IMG/VR virus record: IMGVR_UViG_2531839523_000005
From: a virus
Lineage: Duplodnaviria > Heunggongvirae > Uroviricota > Caudoviricetes
Length of the DNA: 37,471 bases
Reading direction: 5' to 3' (one strand)
Position numbers and translations under genes: made by a program
Notes under the pieces: model-generated
Database searches by the model: none
What the model saw: only the letters and a program-made list of their open reading frames with translations
What the model was told of the DNA's origin: nothing
Shown here: piece after piece, positions 1 to 9,143 of the stretch
How the letters are laid out: each line of letters begins with the position of its first letter
Numbering within the stretch: the stretch's first letter is position 1

Positions 1-275
1 TACCGACTGCGGCCTGAGTTTTTTAAGTGACGTAAAATCGTGTTGAGGCCAACGCCCATAATGCGGGCTGTTGCCCGGCATCCAACGCCATTCATGGCCA
101 TATCAATGATTTTCTGGTGCGTACCGGGTTGAGAAGCAGTGTAAGTGAACTGCAGTTGCCATGTTTTACGGCAGTGAGAGCAGAGATAGCGCTGATGTCC
201 GGCAGTGCTTTTGCCGTTACGCACCACCCCGTCAGTAGCTGAACAGGAGGGACAGCTGATAGAAACAGAAGCCAC
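1..275 (-). CDS. insA: IS1 InsA, GTG start at 275, stop codon falls at or just past the window edge
   Basis: Minus-strand translation from GTG (273-275) reads [43 protein letters not shown]...; not in the ORF track because the stop is not inside the window. Confidence 0.85.
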
Positions 276-330
276 TGGAGCACCTCAAAAACACCATCAT
301 ACACTAAATCAGTAAGTTGGCAGCATCACC
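1..330 (-). mobile_element. IS1 insertion sequence, left end (IRL plus insA region), truncated by window edge
   Basis: Reverse complement of 301-330 is GGTGATGCTGCCAACTTACTGATTTAGTGT, the canonical IS1 terminal inverted repeat; the InsA frame follows. Confidence 0.9.
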
Positions 331-1094
331 CAAAGCCCTGACGATCAACATCGACCATTACGGTGGCATTCGGTTTATTGCCTGTCAGATAATAATAATC
401 AACAACCGTCATACCCTGGGTATATTTCCCCTGTGTTTCCACGCCAACCCAGCGCTCAACAGAGGTAAATAACTCCGGTTTCAACAGCCTGGCGATGGTG
501 CATGGGTCATGCAGTGGTGCGCCGACAAAGCCCCATTTTTCGTCTTTATGATATTCGAGGAAGAAATCCAGCAGTTCGGCAACAATGGTTGAAACAGGGT
601 TGCCAATCGCGCGGAAACGCTCAGTGTCTTCAACGTGGATTTGTGCTTTGTGAGTAACATCCAGACCGGCCATCACCACCGGGATCCCTGACTGGAAGAC
701 AATTTCTGCCGCTTCCGGGTCAACGTAAATATTAAATTCAGCCGCAGGCGTCCAATTACCCAGCCCCATTGCGCCGCCCATAATCACGATACGGGCAATT
801 TTGCTATGCAGTTCCGGATGGCTATTGAGCAGCAAGGCAACGTTAGTTTGCGGTCCGGTAGACACAATCGTGACAGGTTCCGCACTTTCGCGCAGCGTTT
901 TCGCCATCAGCTCTACCGCCGTACAGTTTTGCGGTGCGAACGTCGGTTCCGGTAATGCCGGGCCATCCAGACCGCTTTCGCCGTGCACATTGTCCGCGAT
1001 AATCAACTCACGCATTAACGGTTTTACCGCACCGCCTGCTACCGGAATATCGGTGCGATTAAGCAAGGTCAGCATACGCAGAACATTGCGTAAG
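331..1094 (-). pseudogene. rihA: Ribonucleoside hydrolase (RihA-like, IU-nucleoside hydrolase family) internal fragment; 5' end replaced by prophage terminus, 3' end replaced by IS1
   Basis: ORF 326-1075 translation (…[24 protein letters not shown]… ending …MVDVDRQGF) matches the RihA family as recalled from memory; the reading frame continues upstream of the annotated Met to about 1095 (…LRNVLR-M), where sequence switches to phage-end-like DNA; the last codons run directly into the IS1 IRL at 330. Confidence 0.75.
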
Positions 1095-1172
1095 TGATGC
1101 GCCGCGCGATAAATGCACTCTATCTTGTGCGATAAATGGCATCCACGCGGCGTTTCATTATTTGAAAAAGAA
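1095..1172. other. Prophage right terminus (attR-like) with candidate transposase-binding repeats
   Basis: Begins TGATGCGCCGCGCGATAAATGC, resembling the Mu right end R1 site as recalled; direct repeat GCGATAAATG at 1106-1115 and 1129-1138; GCGTTTCATTATTTGAAAAAG at 1149-1169. Confidence 0.55.
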
Positions 1173-1745
1173 TTACATTTCAGGTTGCGTTATGACAGTC
1201 CCAACAGGGTGATAGCGGTAGATCGTTGACAGTCCAATATCATAGATAATTGCCAGCCGCTTTCTGTCATACCCTTTCTGGAGCAATCTTGCGATCTGCT
1301 CATGCTGCTCCTTCGTCAGTTTCGGGCGACGTCCTCCAACTCTTCCTTGTGCTCGCGCAGCAGCCAGTCCTGCCAGCGTGCGCTCAACTATCAGTTCACG
1401 CTCCATTTCTGCCAGTGCACCCATCATATGAAAAAAGAACCTTCCCATCGGAGTGCTGGTATCGATTGAATCCGTCAGACTGCGAAAATTGACACCTTTT
1501 GCGCGTAGCTCTTCTGTGAGAGCAATGAGGTGTTTCATTCTTCTACCCAACCGATCCAGCTTCCAGACCACCAATGTATCCCCTCTTTTAAGGCACTTTA
1601 AAGCGCGTTTCAGGCCTGGTCGTTCCGACTTGGTTCCGCTCATTTTGTCCTCAAAAATCTGTTCACATCCTGCGCACATTAATGCATTGCGTTGCAAATC
1701 TATGTTTTGGTCATTTGTTGACACACGTATGTAGCCAATCAGCAT
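1173..1745 (-). CDS. gin: Serine recombinase, Gin/Pin/Hin-family DNA invertase
   Basis: [49 protein letters not shown]…; true start taken as the internal Met at 1745 (RBS AAAGGGAG upstream); the longer track ORF 1173-1874 is an in-frame N-terminal extension. Confidence 0.9.
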   Translation of the reverse strand: MLIGYIRVSTNDQNIDLQRNALMCAGCEQIFEDKMSGTKSERPGLKRALKCLKRGDTLVVWKLDRLGRRMKHLIALTEELRAKGVNFRSLTDSIDTSTPMGRFFFHMMGALAEMERELIVERTLAGLAAARAQGRVGGRRPKLTKEQHEQIARLLQKGYDRKRLAIIYDIGLSTIYRYHPVGTVITQPEM

Positions 1746-1799
1746 TAAAAATACTCCCTTTTGAGTGGTTAAAGTACTGAGATAATGTGGGGAGGATTT

Positions 1800-1825
1800 G
1801 AGAGATAAACGTTGGTTTGGGGGAA
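1800..1825. other. Candidate gix-like crossover site at outer boundary of left inverted repeat
   Basis: CAGAGATAAACG-TT-GGTTTGGGGGAA resembles the AAACC-NN-GGTTT core of Gin/Hin recombination sites; inner half lies inside the inverted repeat. Confidence 0.4.
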
Positions 1826-2010
1826 GGCTCTGCATTGCCTGTTGGTGTACCGGTTCCATGGCCCACCGCCACACCGCCAGCAGGCTGGTTAAAGTGCGAC
1901 GGGCGCGCCTTTACAAAAGAACAATATCCTGTTCTGGCCAGAGTCTACCCGACCCTCCGTCTTCCCGATTTACGCGGTGAGTTTATCCGTGGATGGGACG
2001 ACGGGCGCAA
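1812..2010. repeat. Left arm of perfect 199-bp inverted repeat flanking the invertible tail-fiber segment
   Basis: 1812-2010 is the exact reverse complement of 3230-3428 (checked at both ends and in the middle). Confidence 0.85.
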
Positions 2011-2329
2011 AGTTGATACAGGACGTAAGTTGCTGTCCGCACAAGGGGCAACGCTGTTAAGAACAGCAATGCTGGATTATTATAACCAGGACACTACGGG
2101 AACCTCGGGGATAGTCGGCATGGGATTCAACAATGAAGATTCCATTACAGACCTTCGTGAGGGCAGCTTTAAAATGCCGGACGGGACAACATTCAGCGAT
2201 CCTGTCGTGGCAATGTCAGACAATGGTATGCAGGCTACTATTCTGACCTCTATCAGAAGCGGGTATGCGAAGGGTATCACTGTCAGACCCCGTAGCATTG
2301 CACTTAATTACATTGTGAGGGCAGTTTAA
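1817..2329 (+). CDS. Alternative tail-fiber C-terminal cassette (silent orientation); first ~65 codons lie in the inverted repeat
   Basis: Translation starts GEGSALPVGVPVPWPTATPPAGWLKCDGRAF… identical to the expressed fiber, then diverges; ends …RSIALNYIVRAV like the expressed cassette (…RNIAFNYIVRAA). No own ATG (track start is TTG inside the repeat). Confidence 0.7.
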   Translation: MGEGSALPVGVPVPWPTATPPAGWLKCDGRAFTKEQYPVLARVYPTLRLPDLRGEFIRGWDDGRKVDTGRKLLSAQGATLLRTAMLDYYNQDTTGTSGIVGMGFNNEDSITDLREGSFKMPDGTTFSDPVVAMSDNGMQATILTSIRSGYAKGITVRPRSIALNYIVRAV

Positions 2330-2943
2330 TGAGTAACACTGCAGTTCTGGATGAAAACGGTATCGCCACTGTAGCGGGCGATATCACTGTATATCACTAT
2401 GACGAGGAAACCCGGGAATACACCTCATCCTCTGTGGAGTATCTCGCCCTTGGGGTGGGTACTCCGGCACATTCGTGCGCCGATGCACCGCCGGAGGCAA
2501 TTTCGGGTTACGTGGTTTGCCGGACTGCCACGCTGAACGGGTGGGAGCATGTGCCTGATCACCGCGGCGAGACGGTATACAGCACGGAGAACGGTAACCC
2601 TGTTCTGATTACCCAACCGGGTGATTACCCGGCGGACACCACCACAAAACAGCCAGCCACGCCATGGGATACCTGGAACGGTGAGGCGTGGGTAACCGAT
2701 ACTGAACGGCAGCGAGCCGCAGAACTGGAGGTTGCCAGACAGCAACGCCAGCAACGGGTGAAACAGGCGATGGCGTCAGTCGATCTTATCAACCTCAAAC
2801 TGCGTGCTGGTCGCAGTCTGACACCAGAAGAAACGGCAAAACTGAACGCCGTGCTGGATTATATCGACGAGCTGAACGCACTGGATATCAGCACGGCACC
2901 TGAAATCAGCTGGCCGGAAGCGCCACTGGCACTTGCCAGTTGA
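2329..2943 (+). CDS. Tail fiber assembly protein (Mu U / Tfa-like), coupled to the silent cassette
   Basis: 204 aa; overlapping ATGA stop-start with upstream cassette; convergent with the expressed fiber gene. Confidence 0.75.
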   Translation: MSNTAVLDENGIATVAGDITVYHYDEETREYTSSSVEYLALGVGTPAHSCADAPPEAISGYVVCRTATLNGWEHVPDHRGETVYSTENGNPVLITQPGDYPADTTTKQPATPWDTWNGEAWVTDTERQRAAELEVARQQRQQRVKQAMASVDLINLKLRAGRSLTPEETAKLNAVLDYIDELNALDISTAPEISWPEAPLALAS

Positions 2944-2949
2944 ACGGTA

Positions 2950-4248
2950 TCACGCCGCCCTCACGATATAGTTAAACGCGATATTGCGGGGGCGGGTTAT
3001 GTTAAAGAATGCTCCGTTTAATTCGGCTTTTGCGCGACTGTTTGTTCCACCCAGAATTACGTACCACAAATAATCGCTACGGTAATTCCCCGCAAACACC
3101 TTATCGCCGCCATAGTCAATATTATTTCCGTTACTCATGTACGAGATATCAAGCGAAGAATCGTTATCGTCATGACCGCCGACCAGTGTACCTTTCTGCC
3201 ATGAAAGCAACTTACGCCCCTCGTCAATCTTGCGCCCGTCGTCCCATCCACGGATAAACTCACCGCGTAAATCGGGAAGACGGAGGGTCGGGTAGACTCT
3301 GGCCAGAACAGGATATTGTTCTTTTGTAAAGGCGCGCCCGTCGCACTTTAACCAGCCTGCTGGCGGTGTGGCGGTGGGCCATGGAACCGGTACACCAACA
3401 GGCAATGCAGAGCCTTCCCCCAAACCAAGGTAATTGAGGACATCTTTTATACTGCCCTTAGCGATAATAGCGCGACCAATAGCTGTAAGGGTTGCCAGCG
3501 CTGCGCGGTCTGCTCCGGTAAAATAAGGCAACCGATCTGCTGCAGTGGCAAGTCCTGCCAGAGCAGTGAGCGTGGCATCTGCCGGTTGTTTTCCGTTTGC
3601 CAGATCGTATGCAGCCTTGACCGCTTTCGGTGTGGCGGCCAGTATTTCAGACGTGCTGTTGATGGCACTGCTCAGTTGTACGGTGCCTTTTGCCGTCAGC
3701 GAGGCAGCAGGCACTCCCGTTATCTGACTCCACGGGTGAGTGTGGCTGACGGGCGCCTTGCCGGCTGCAAGGTCGTATGCAGCCTTGACCGCCTTCGGCG
3801 TGGCAGCCTCAGTTTCTGATTGACTGTCCGTGGCGCTGCTCAGTTGTACGGTGCCTTTTGCCGTCAGTGAAGCCGCAGGCACTCCCGTTATCTGACTCCA
3901 CGGGTGAGTGTGGCTGGCAGGCGCCTTGCCGGCTGCCAGGTCGTATGCAGCCTTGACCGCTTTTGGTGTGGCGGCCAGCGTTTCAGAGGTGCTGTTGGTG
4001 GCACTGCTCAGTTGGGTGAACCCCTTAGCTGTCAGTGTCGCGTCCGGGTGGTTACGGGAACGTACGTGTTCAGCCAGTGACTGTGCGGCTTCCTCCGTTT
4101 TCTTCTTCAGCCATTTCGTCCTGTTTGCCAGTTGCCGGGGGGCTCGATTTGATATCCCGTCTGCACCACCCAGAACCGGATCTGATGTCTCCAGTTGATA
4201 GATATTTTCTTCCCACTTTTCTGTTTCATTCAGGTTTCCCATAATCAA
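2950..4248 (-). CDS. Tail fiber protein (Mu S-like), currently expressed orientation
   Basis: 432 aa; three tandem copies of a ~56-aa PKAVKAAYDLAAGKAP…HTHPWSQITGVPA repeat; C-terminal part shared with and then divergent from the plus-strand cassette. Confidence 0.85.
   Translation of the reverse strand: MIMGNLNETEKWEENIYQLETSDPVLGGADGISNRAPRQLANRTKWLKKKTEEAAQSLAEHVRSRNHPDATLTAKGFTQLSSATNSTSETLAATPKAVKAAYDLAAGKAPASHTHPWSQITGVPAASLTAKGTVQLSSATDSQSETEAATPKAVKAAYDLAAGKAPVSHTHPWSQITGVPAASLTAKGTVQLSSAINSTSEILAATPKAVKAAYDLANGKQPADATLTALAGLATAADRLPYFTGADRAALATLTAIGRAIIAKGSIKDVLNYLGLGEGSALPVGVPVPWPTATPPAGWLKCDGRAFTKEQYPVLARVYPTLRLPDLRGEFIRGWDDGRKIDEGRKLLSWQKGTLVGGHDDNDSSLDISYMSNGNNIDYGGDKVFAGNYRSDYLWYVILGGTNSRAKAELNGAFFNITRPRNIAFNYIVRAA
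3230..3428. repeat. Right arm of perfect 199-bp inverted repeat
   Basis: Reverse complement of 1812-2010; lies inside the tail fiber coding sequence. Confidence 0.85.
3415..3440. other. Candidate gix-like crossover site at outer boundary of right inverted repeat
   Basis: Minus-strand reading CCTCAATTACC-TT-GGTTTGGGGGAA; same inner half as the left site. Confidence 0.35.
3545..4048. repeat. Three tandem 168-bp coding repeats inside the tail fiber gene
   Basis: GTCGTATGCAGCCTTGACCGC recurs at about 3604, 3772 and 3940 (period 168 bp). Confidence 0.8.
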
Positions 4249-4823
4249 CTGCTCCCGTGGTTATAACTGCCATCATGGATGGCGGTATTGTTATAGCGAA
4301 TGGCCACAGACTGATACTCCAGGCTGGCCAGATGGCAGCGGGCCGGTGCAAATGCAGCCAGCGTCTGACGCAGCATCGCGGCCTGATCGTTAGTAATGGG
4401 CTGTTTCAGAATAACGCGATAAACTGCCCAGGCGGCTGCATCTCCATGAACAAACAGTCCGTTATAGCTGCGATTGCCGTCGTAACTGAGACGACCTGTG
4501 CCTTCAATCAGATCCACTTCACCAAAGCCAAAACGGCGGATAACTTCCCGGATTGACCACGGCGTCCCTTTATACCGGTGCAGTTCGATGGCTGCTTTTA
4601 TAAGCATGCGGCGAACATCGTCCGATTCCGCCAGCTCCCAGCCATCGCCAGACAGTGAGAACTGCTCGCCCAGCCATGGCAGCGCGGAACTGTCGACGAT
4701 ATCGACGAGAAAGACCATCAGTACGCTCAGGTCGATGTTATCCAGCCGTCCTGCCAGTCTTCCCAGCGTCCTGAGACTGATATCACCCTCAAGCGGTGGC
4801 GGGAGTTGTAATGGCTCAGTCAT
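4245..4823 (-). CDS. Tail protein (P2 gpI-like / Mu gp48-like)
   Basis: 192 aa; position between baseplate J-like gene and fiber; 4-bp overlaps with neighbours. Confidence 0.7.
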   Translation of the reverse strand: MTEPLQLPPPLEGDISLRTLGRLAGRLDNIDLSVLMVFLVDIVDSSALPWLGEQFSLSGDGWELAESDDVRRMLIKAAIELHRYKGTPWSIREVIRRFGFGEVDLIEGTGRLSYDGNRSYNGLFVHGDAAAWAVYRVILKQPITNDQAAMLRQTLAAFAPARCHLASLEYQSVAIRYNNTAIHDGSYNHGSS

Positions 4824-5919
4824 CAGACACTCCAGTCATGTTAAGAGTGATTGCCGTACAGTTTGCCCATTCGTTTTCTGCCACCACCCGCAGTGCCGGT
4901 GTCACCAGTTCAACCTGGTACACCCCGGAAACGGACAATGCACTGATAATCTGGCTGGGGACAATATCGCGCCCCAGCGTGGCGGCACGTGATGCCACCC
5001 AGTTCTGTATGGCGCTGTTAGCGGCATCTTTTACAGACCTGGCATCCTGATCACGATAGATCGTAATCCTGGCTTCAATGGTGTAATCCACCTTCACTGG
5101 TGTTTTAGCCCGCACTGTATCAGTGAGTGGCCTGACTTTCTCATCAGAGCAGAAACTCTCTACCAGCGTGAGAACACCGCCGTCCGGCAGACCGGTACTG
5201 AGCAGCGGATACAGATCTACGGTCCCGGGAACCGGGGAAAGCACAGCAACATCGACAATGTTGGGATGGGCCTGCATGGCATGAAAGCGGTATGCGCCAC
5301 GGCTTCCGGCATTGGTGAATGACTCCGGGGCCAGCCTGATACGCTCCCGGAGCCTGTCATCGTCTTCCTGTTCTGAACCGCCGGAACTGGCCGTCAGATT
5401 GCTCACCAGCAGGTCGACGTTATCAATCTCATCGAGTAACTGACTGACCTGCGCAGGTTGCCAGCCGTTACCAGCGGTACCGGGTTCGGTACAGGTGGAC
5501 GTGACATTGACCAGCAGCAATCCGGCCTTCAGTACCACATCTGTATCGGTGGCAAAAATAACGCTGTCGGAAGCGCTGACGCGGGTGCCTGCCGGGATCA
5601 GCACATCAATGGCCAGTGCCTCATCTACGGAGAACTGGAGCGTGGTGGTGGCAGGCTGCGCGGCAAGACGGTATACACCAACCAGTTCACCGAGGTAATC
5701 AATCATCGGCTCACGGGCAAAGGCGACCAGATTCTGCTTTGCTGCCTCCTGTACCGCAACCCTGACCAGCATTTCGCGATAGGCCCACAGATCAATCAGC
5801 AGACGTTCTGCCTGTGCCGGGTACAGCGTTTTGCCGGTATCCGCTTCATACTTCGCAATCATTTCTGCCGTAATTTTGTCGGCATCGCGTTCAATAAAAT
5901 CGGGTTCTGTCAGCGCCAT
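4816..5919 (-). CDS. Baseplate J-like protein (Mu gp47-like)
   Basis: 367 aa; synteny and family resemblance. Confidence 0.8.
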   Translation of the reverse strand: MALTEPDFIERDADKITAEMIAKYEADTGKTLYPAQAERLLIDLWAYREMLVRVAVQEAAKQNLVAFAREPMIDYLGELVGVYRLAAQPATTTLQFSVDEALAIDVLIPAGTRVSASDSVIFATDTDVVLKAGLLLVNVTSTCTEPGTAGNGWQPAQVSQLLDEIDNVDLLVSNLTASSGGSEQEDDDRLRERIRLAPESFTNAGSRGAYRFHAMQAHPNIVDVAVLSPVPGTVDLYPLLSTGLPDGGVLTLVESFCSDEKVRPLTDTVRAKTPVKVDYTIEARITIYRDQDARSVKDAANSAIQNWVASRAATLGRDIVPSQIISALSVSGVYQVELVTPALRVVAENEWANCTAITLNMTGVSDD

Positions 5920-6257
5920 AGCAGCTCCTGAGTCCGGGTCTGTCCGTCTGAGCCTTTCCAGCTCACCCGGAGCGTAAGATGTTCGCCGTCGACGGCGGGT
6001 TTAACTGACATAAGCTGGCAGCGGGGCTCCCAGCGCCGGATGGCATCGACGGATTCGCGCACCACATGCGGAATGGCCCGGTCTACAGGCCAGTCGATAT
6101 AAAGATGCAGATTGCTGCCGAACTCCGGGCGATGCGGGTCGCTGCCGCGGGGAGTCCGCAGGATAATTTGAATCGCCTGCCGGATATCATCCAGCCCCCG
6201 GACAATTTCGCCGGGAGCCTGCAGGGCTGGTTGCCAGAATACTGAGGTTGTTTTCAT
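5910..6257 (-). CDS. Baseplate wedge protein (GPW/gp25-like, Mu gp46-like)
   Basis: 115 aa; conserved position. Confidence 0.75.
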   Translation of the reverse strand: MKTTSVFWQPALQAPGEIVRGLDDIRQAIQIILRTPRGSDPHRPEFGSNLHLYIDWPVDRAIPHVVRESVDAIRRWEPRCQLMSVKPAVDGEHLTLRVSWKGSDGQTRTQELLWR

Positions 6258-6311
6258 GGGGGCAGTATTGCCCCCGTGCGGGAACGCTGATATTAAAGGC
6301 GTTTAAAAAGC

Positions 6312-6908
6312 TCAGTGGGAGTGGTGGCTGGAGTTTTCGCCATCAGACAACATACTGCCCGTGGCATGGGCATTCCCTTTAATCTCGATATTGCCATGGA
6401 TGGTCGCGGTAACACCTTCACCACCAGAACCCGCCATGCCTCCTTCGTAAATCAGCTTACCCCTGACACGCAGATCTCCGGTAAGTTCGGTTTCCGGTGC
6501 GTCAATCGTGGCTTTCTGTGTTTTCAATACCACATCAGCACCACACTCAATGACAATATGCTCAATGCCGCCCCGGATGGTCAGAGTGTGCGTCTTCCGG
6601 TTGTAGCTGTACTCTGCACCATCAGCAAACCGGGTTCCCCGGATATTTTTGTCACTGAACGGTGGTTTATCGACGTCTGAATACACCGCGCCCAGAATAA
6701 CACCATCCTCGCCGTTGGCATCGAGCAGCACCTCAACCTGCTCCCCCACGTCAGGGAGCCAGTAATCTTTGTTATCCTGGGTATTGCGCTGCAGCACGTT
6801 AAGCCAGTTTGTGCGCAGGTTATCGCATTCAGGCAGACGAACGCGGGCCTGAACCCTGTCGGCATCAACGGCACTGACCGTACCGACCTGACGAGTGACA
6901 CCAGTCAT
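6312..6908 (-). CDS. Baseplate central spike protein (P2 gpV-like / Mu gp45-like)
   Basis: 198 aa; His-rich C-terminal tip …GENSSHHSH. Confidence 0.75.
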   Translation of the reverse strand: MTGVTRQVGTVSAVDADRVQARVRLPECDNLRTNWLNVLQRNTQDNKDYWLPDVGEQVEVLLDANGEDGVILGAVYSDVDKPPFSDKNIRGTRFADGAEYSYNRKTHTLTIRGGIEHIVIECGADVVLKTQKATIDAPETELTGDLRVRGKLIYEGGMAGSGGEGVTATIHGNIEIKGNAHATGSMLSDGENSSHHSH

Positions 6909-8059
6909 TTTTTCTTCTCCTTAATCACCGTCGATGTACTGCCATCCGGGTGATAAACCGTGAGTTTCTGAGTTTTTTGTTTTTTCCCTCTTGTGACTGG
7001 CCCCCGTGCCACTTCCAGCTCTGTGGTGTAGCCGCTGTTACGGTCAAACGCATGGCGGGCAGTGGTTATGAGCCATGGCCCGGATAACTGCCCAAAACCC
7101 ACCAGTTCAATTTTGTTGCCTGCTGTCAGTTGAGGTGTTCCCGTCAGCGTCAGGGAGCCGTTCTGCTGGTATTCGTTATGTCTGGCCAGTGCTGAATCCG
7201 CTTTAATCCGGGCACTGTCCGGGTCGCTGACGCGGCTGTTAACTTTAAGTGAGTCAGCGCTGGTAACCTTACCACCTTTGAGCTTTTTGTCGCTTTCACG
7301 GGTACCACCATCAGCTTCGTAGACGATCAGTTTTTTACTGCTGCTTTTCTGGTGTTTTACCTTTGCAGATTTATAGACCCGGTTGATGGTGTCACGCAGG
7401 GAAAAGCGGGCCACATCCTGCGGTTTTAACTGCCTGACCGGCTCCTGACTGCGCAGTGTGGCCAGATGAGAAAAAATCAGCTGGTCACTGACCACTTTCA
7501 CTGCATAACCATACTCGCTGGCCAGCCGGCGCAGAAAACCCACGTCGGTTTCAGCATACTGGGTCACCCGGTCGATTCTGATGGACTCAATGCTGCCCAC
7601 CAGTTTCAGTCGGTGCTTTCTGGCAATCCGCCCCGCAACAGCTGCCAGCGTGGTGTTCTCAAAACCACGACTGGTTTTAGTCCGCAGGGCACTGTTAACC
7701 GAGGTGGCCACCCCACGGATAGAAACAACGGAAGCGGGCGAACTCACTTCGATCTCGTCTATAGAGAACGTACCGCAGGACAGCAGCTTCTCGCCCTGAT
7801 AGCCCATTTTCAGCGTCAGCGTGTCACCCTTGCCCGGATACCACTTATCCAGCCAGCGGCCATCGGTGTCGTCCAGCTCCACCTCAATGGTATCGGACTC
7901 ATTTTTGATGTTATCGCTCCAGGTCACACGGGTGACATAAGGCGCGATATCAGAGGGGATGTTTTTCTGCAGATACCACAGAGTGAACACCGGTGTCAGC
8001 ACATCGCTGACGCCGGTTAACGCTGATGTGACTTGCGCAGTGCTGTTTATCTCAGCCAT
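6905..8059 (-). CDS. Tail protein (P2 gpD-like / Mu P-like)
   Basis: 384 aa; conserved position after tape measure cluster. Confidence 0.75.
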   Translation of the reverse strand: MAEINSTAQVTSALTGVSDVLTPVFTLWYLQKNIPSDIAPYVTRVTWSDNIKNESDTIEVELDDTDGRWLDKWYPGKGDTLTLKMGYQGEKLLSCGTFSIDEIEVSSPASVVSIRGVATSVNSALRTKTSRGFENTTLAAVAGRIARKHRLKLVGSIESIRIDRVTQYAETDVGFLRRLASEYGYAVKVVSDQLIFSHLATLRSQEPVRQLKPQDVARFSLRDTINRVYKSAKVKHQKSSSKKLIVYEADGGTRESDKKLKGGKVTSADSLKVNSRVSDPDSARIKADSALARHNEYQQNGSLTLTGTPQLTAGNKIELVGFGQLSGPWLITTARHAFDRNSGYTTELEVARGPVTRGKKQKTQKLTVYHPDGSTSTVIKEKKK

Positions 8060-8262
8060 GGGGCAATATCCTCTTCTGTACGGGCTTCTTCAGCCTCAAT
8101 CACCGGGATCAGTAACAACAGCCCGGAGGGCAGCACCGGCGTGATGGCCACGTGCGGATTGGCGGCAATAATCCGGGGATAGCCCAGCGGGTCACCGTAG
8201 TACTGCCATGCCAGCGAATCCCAGCGCTCTCCGTCACGGGTAACATGTTCAAGAAACATCAC
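8047..8262 (-). CDS. Small tail protein (P2 gpX-like)
   Basis: 71 aa; tightly packed between neighbours. Confidence 0.55.
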   Translation of the reverse strand: MMFLEHVTRDGERWDSLAWQYYGDPLGYPRIIAANPHVAITPVLPSGLLLLIPVIEAEEARTEEDIAPWLR

Positions 8263-9143
8263 ACACTCCTCGTCAGTATTCTGGCGGCCATTGCACTTAA
8301 TCCCGGAGACATGCGGTTGAATGCTGTTCCGACGGCGTTAAGCTGCCCGGAAACGGTATCCAGAGCACCTGCAATATTTCTTTTGTCCACACCACTCAGC
8401 GCAGACTGTGCCTGCTGTACATACGTGGCTGCTTCGCTGGCTGTTCTGGCCAGACTGATGGCATCGGGCATGGATTCAGAGAGTGCGTTAAACGCCGGAA
8501 CACTTTTCCCCAGAGCCCCGGAGATATTACCCAGTCCGCTCATCAGCCCCGGCACACGGGTCAGTGCGACAACGGGGTTATCCTTCATTTTCTGTGTCAC
8601 CCGAACGGCGCTGATAGTGGTCTGGAGTACAGACTGCGCCTGTTTCGCATAGTTGACGCCGTTGCGGATGAACTGCGCCACCCCGGAAGGTGAAGGAATG
8701 GCACCGGAGACCGCCCCGACACCCGGGAGCTTCGTGCGTATTGCCGGTGGTTGCAGAGGATTTTTCGGGTCACCGGTGTATTCCCGGAGAGACACGGTGG
8801 CACTGACAGCCAGCACGTTGCCGGTACTGTCAGTCTGCTCGCTGGTTGCAGTCACATCGGTAATCACGAACCAGCCGCGATAGTCACCGTTGCCGAAGAC
8901 CAGCGCCAGTGCCTGATGGGCTTTCATGGCTGTTCGCAGTCTCGCCAGCTCCACATCGGGTACACAATAATGCTGATGGAAAACCAGAGTTATCTGGATT
9001 TCGTCCAGCCTGTCGCCGACGAACTGCAGGCCAGGCTTACCCCCGATGCGGGCATGCTCCGCATAATCGACGCCGAACGTGGCCTCGAAGCCGTCCCAGT
9101 AGGTAATCAGCTCAAACTCAATATCACCCAGTACGGCAAACAT
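8259..9143 (-). CDS. Mu N-like tail-associated protein (DNA circularization protein family)
   Basis: 294 aa; immediately downstream of tape measure, 1-bp overlap. Confidence 0.55.
   Translation of the reverse strand: MFAVLGDIEFELITYWDGFEATFGVDYAEHARIGGKPGLQFVGDRLDEIQITLVFHQHYCVPDVELARLRTAMKAHQALALVFGNGDYRGWFVITDVTATSEQTDSTGNVLAVSATVSLREYTGDPKNPLQPPAIRTKLPGVGAVSGAIPSPSGVAQFIRNGVNYAKQAQSVLQTTISAVRVTQKMKDNPVVALTRVPGLMSGLGNISGALGKSVPAFNALSESMPDAISLARTASEAATYVQQAQSALSGVDKRNIAGALDTVSGQLNAVGTAFNRMSPGLSAMAARILTRSV

Noticed and set aside
92-304. Track ORF (70 aa, minus) inside IS1
   Set aside because: It is in the wrong frame; the real gene is InsA, starting at GTG 275 and running off the window edge.
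801-1097. Plus-strand 98-aa ORF
   Set aside because: Antisense to the RihA-like coding sequence; no independent support.
1173-1874. Long 233-aa version of the invertase ORF
   Set aside because: The first 43 residues are an in-frame extension with no invertase similarity; the conserved N-terminus [13 protein letters not shown] begins at 1745 with its own RBS.
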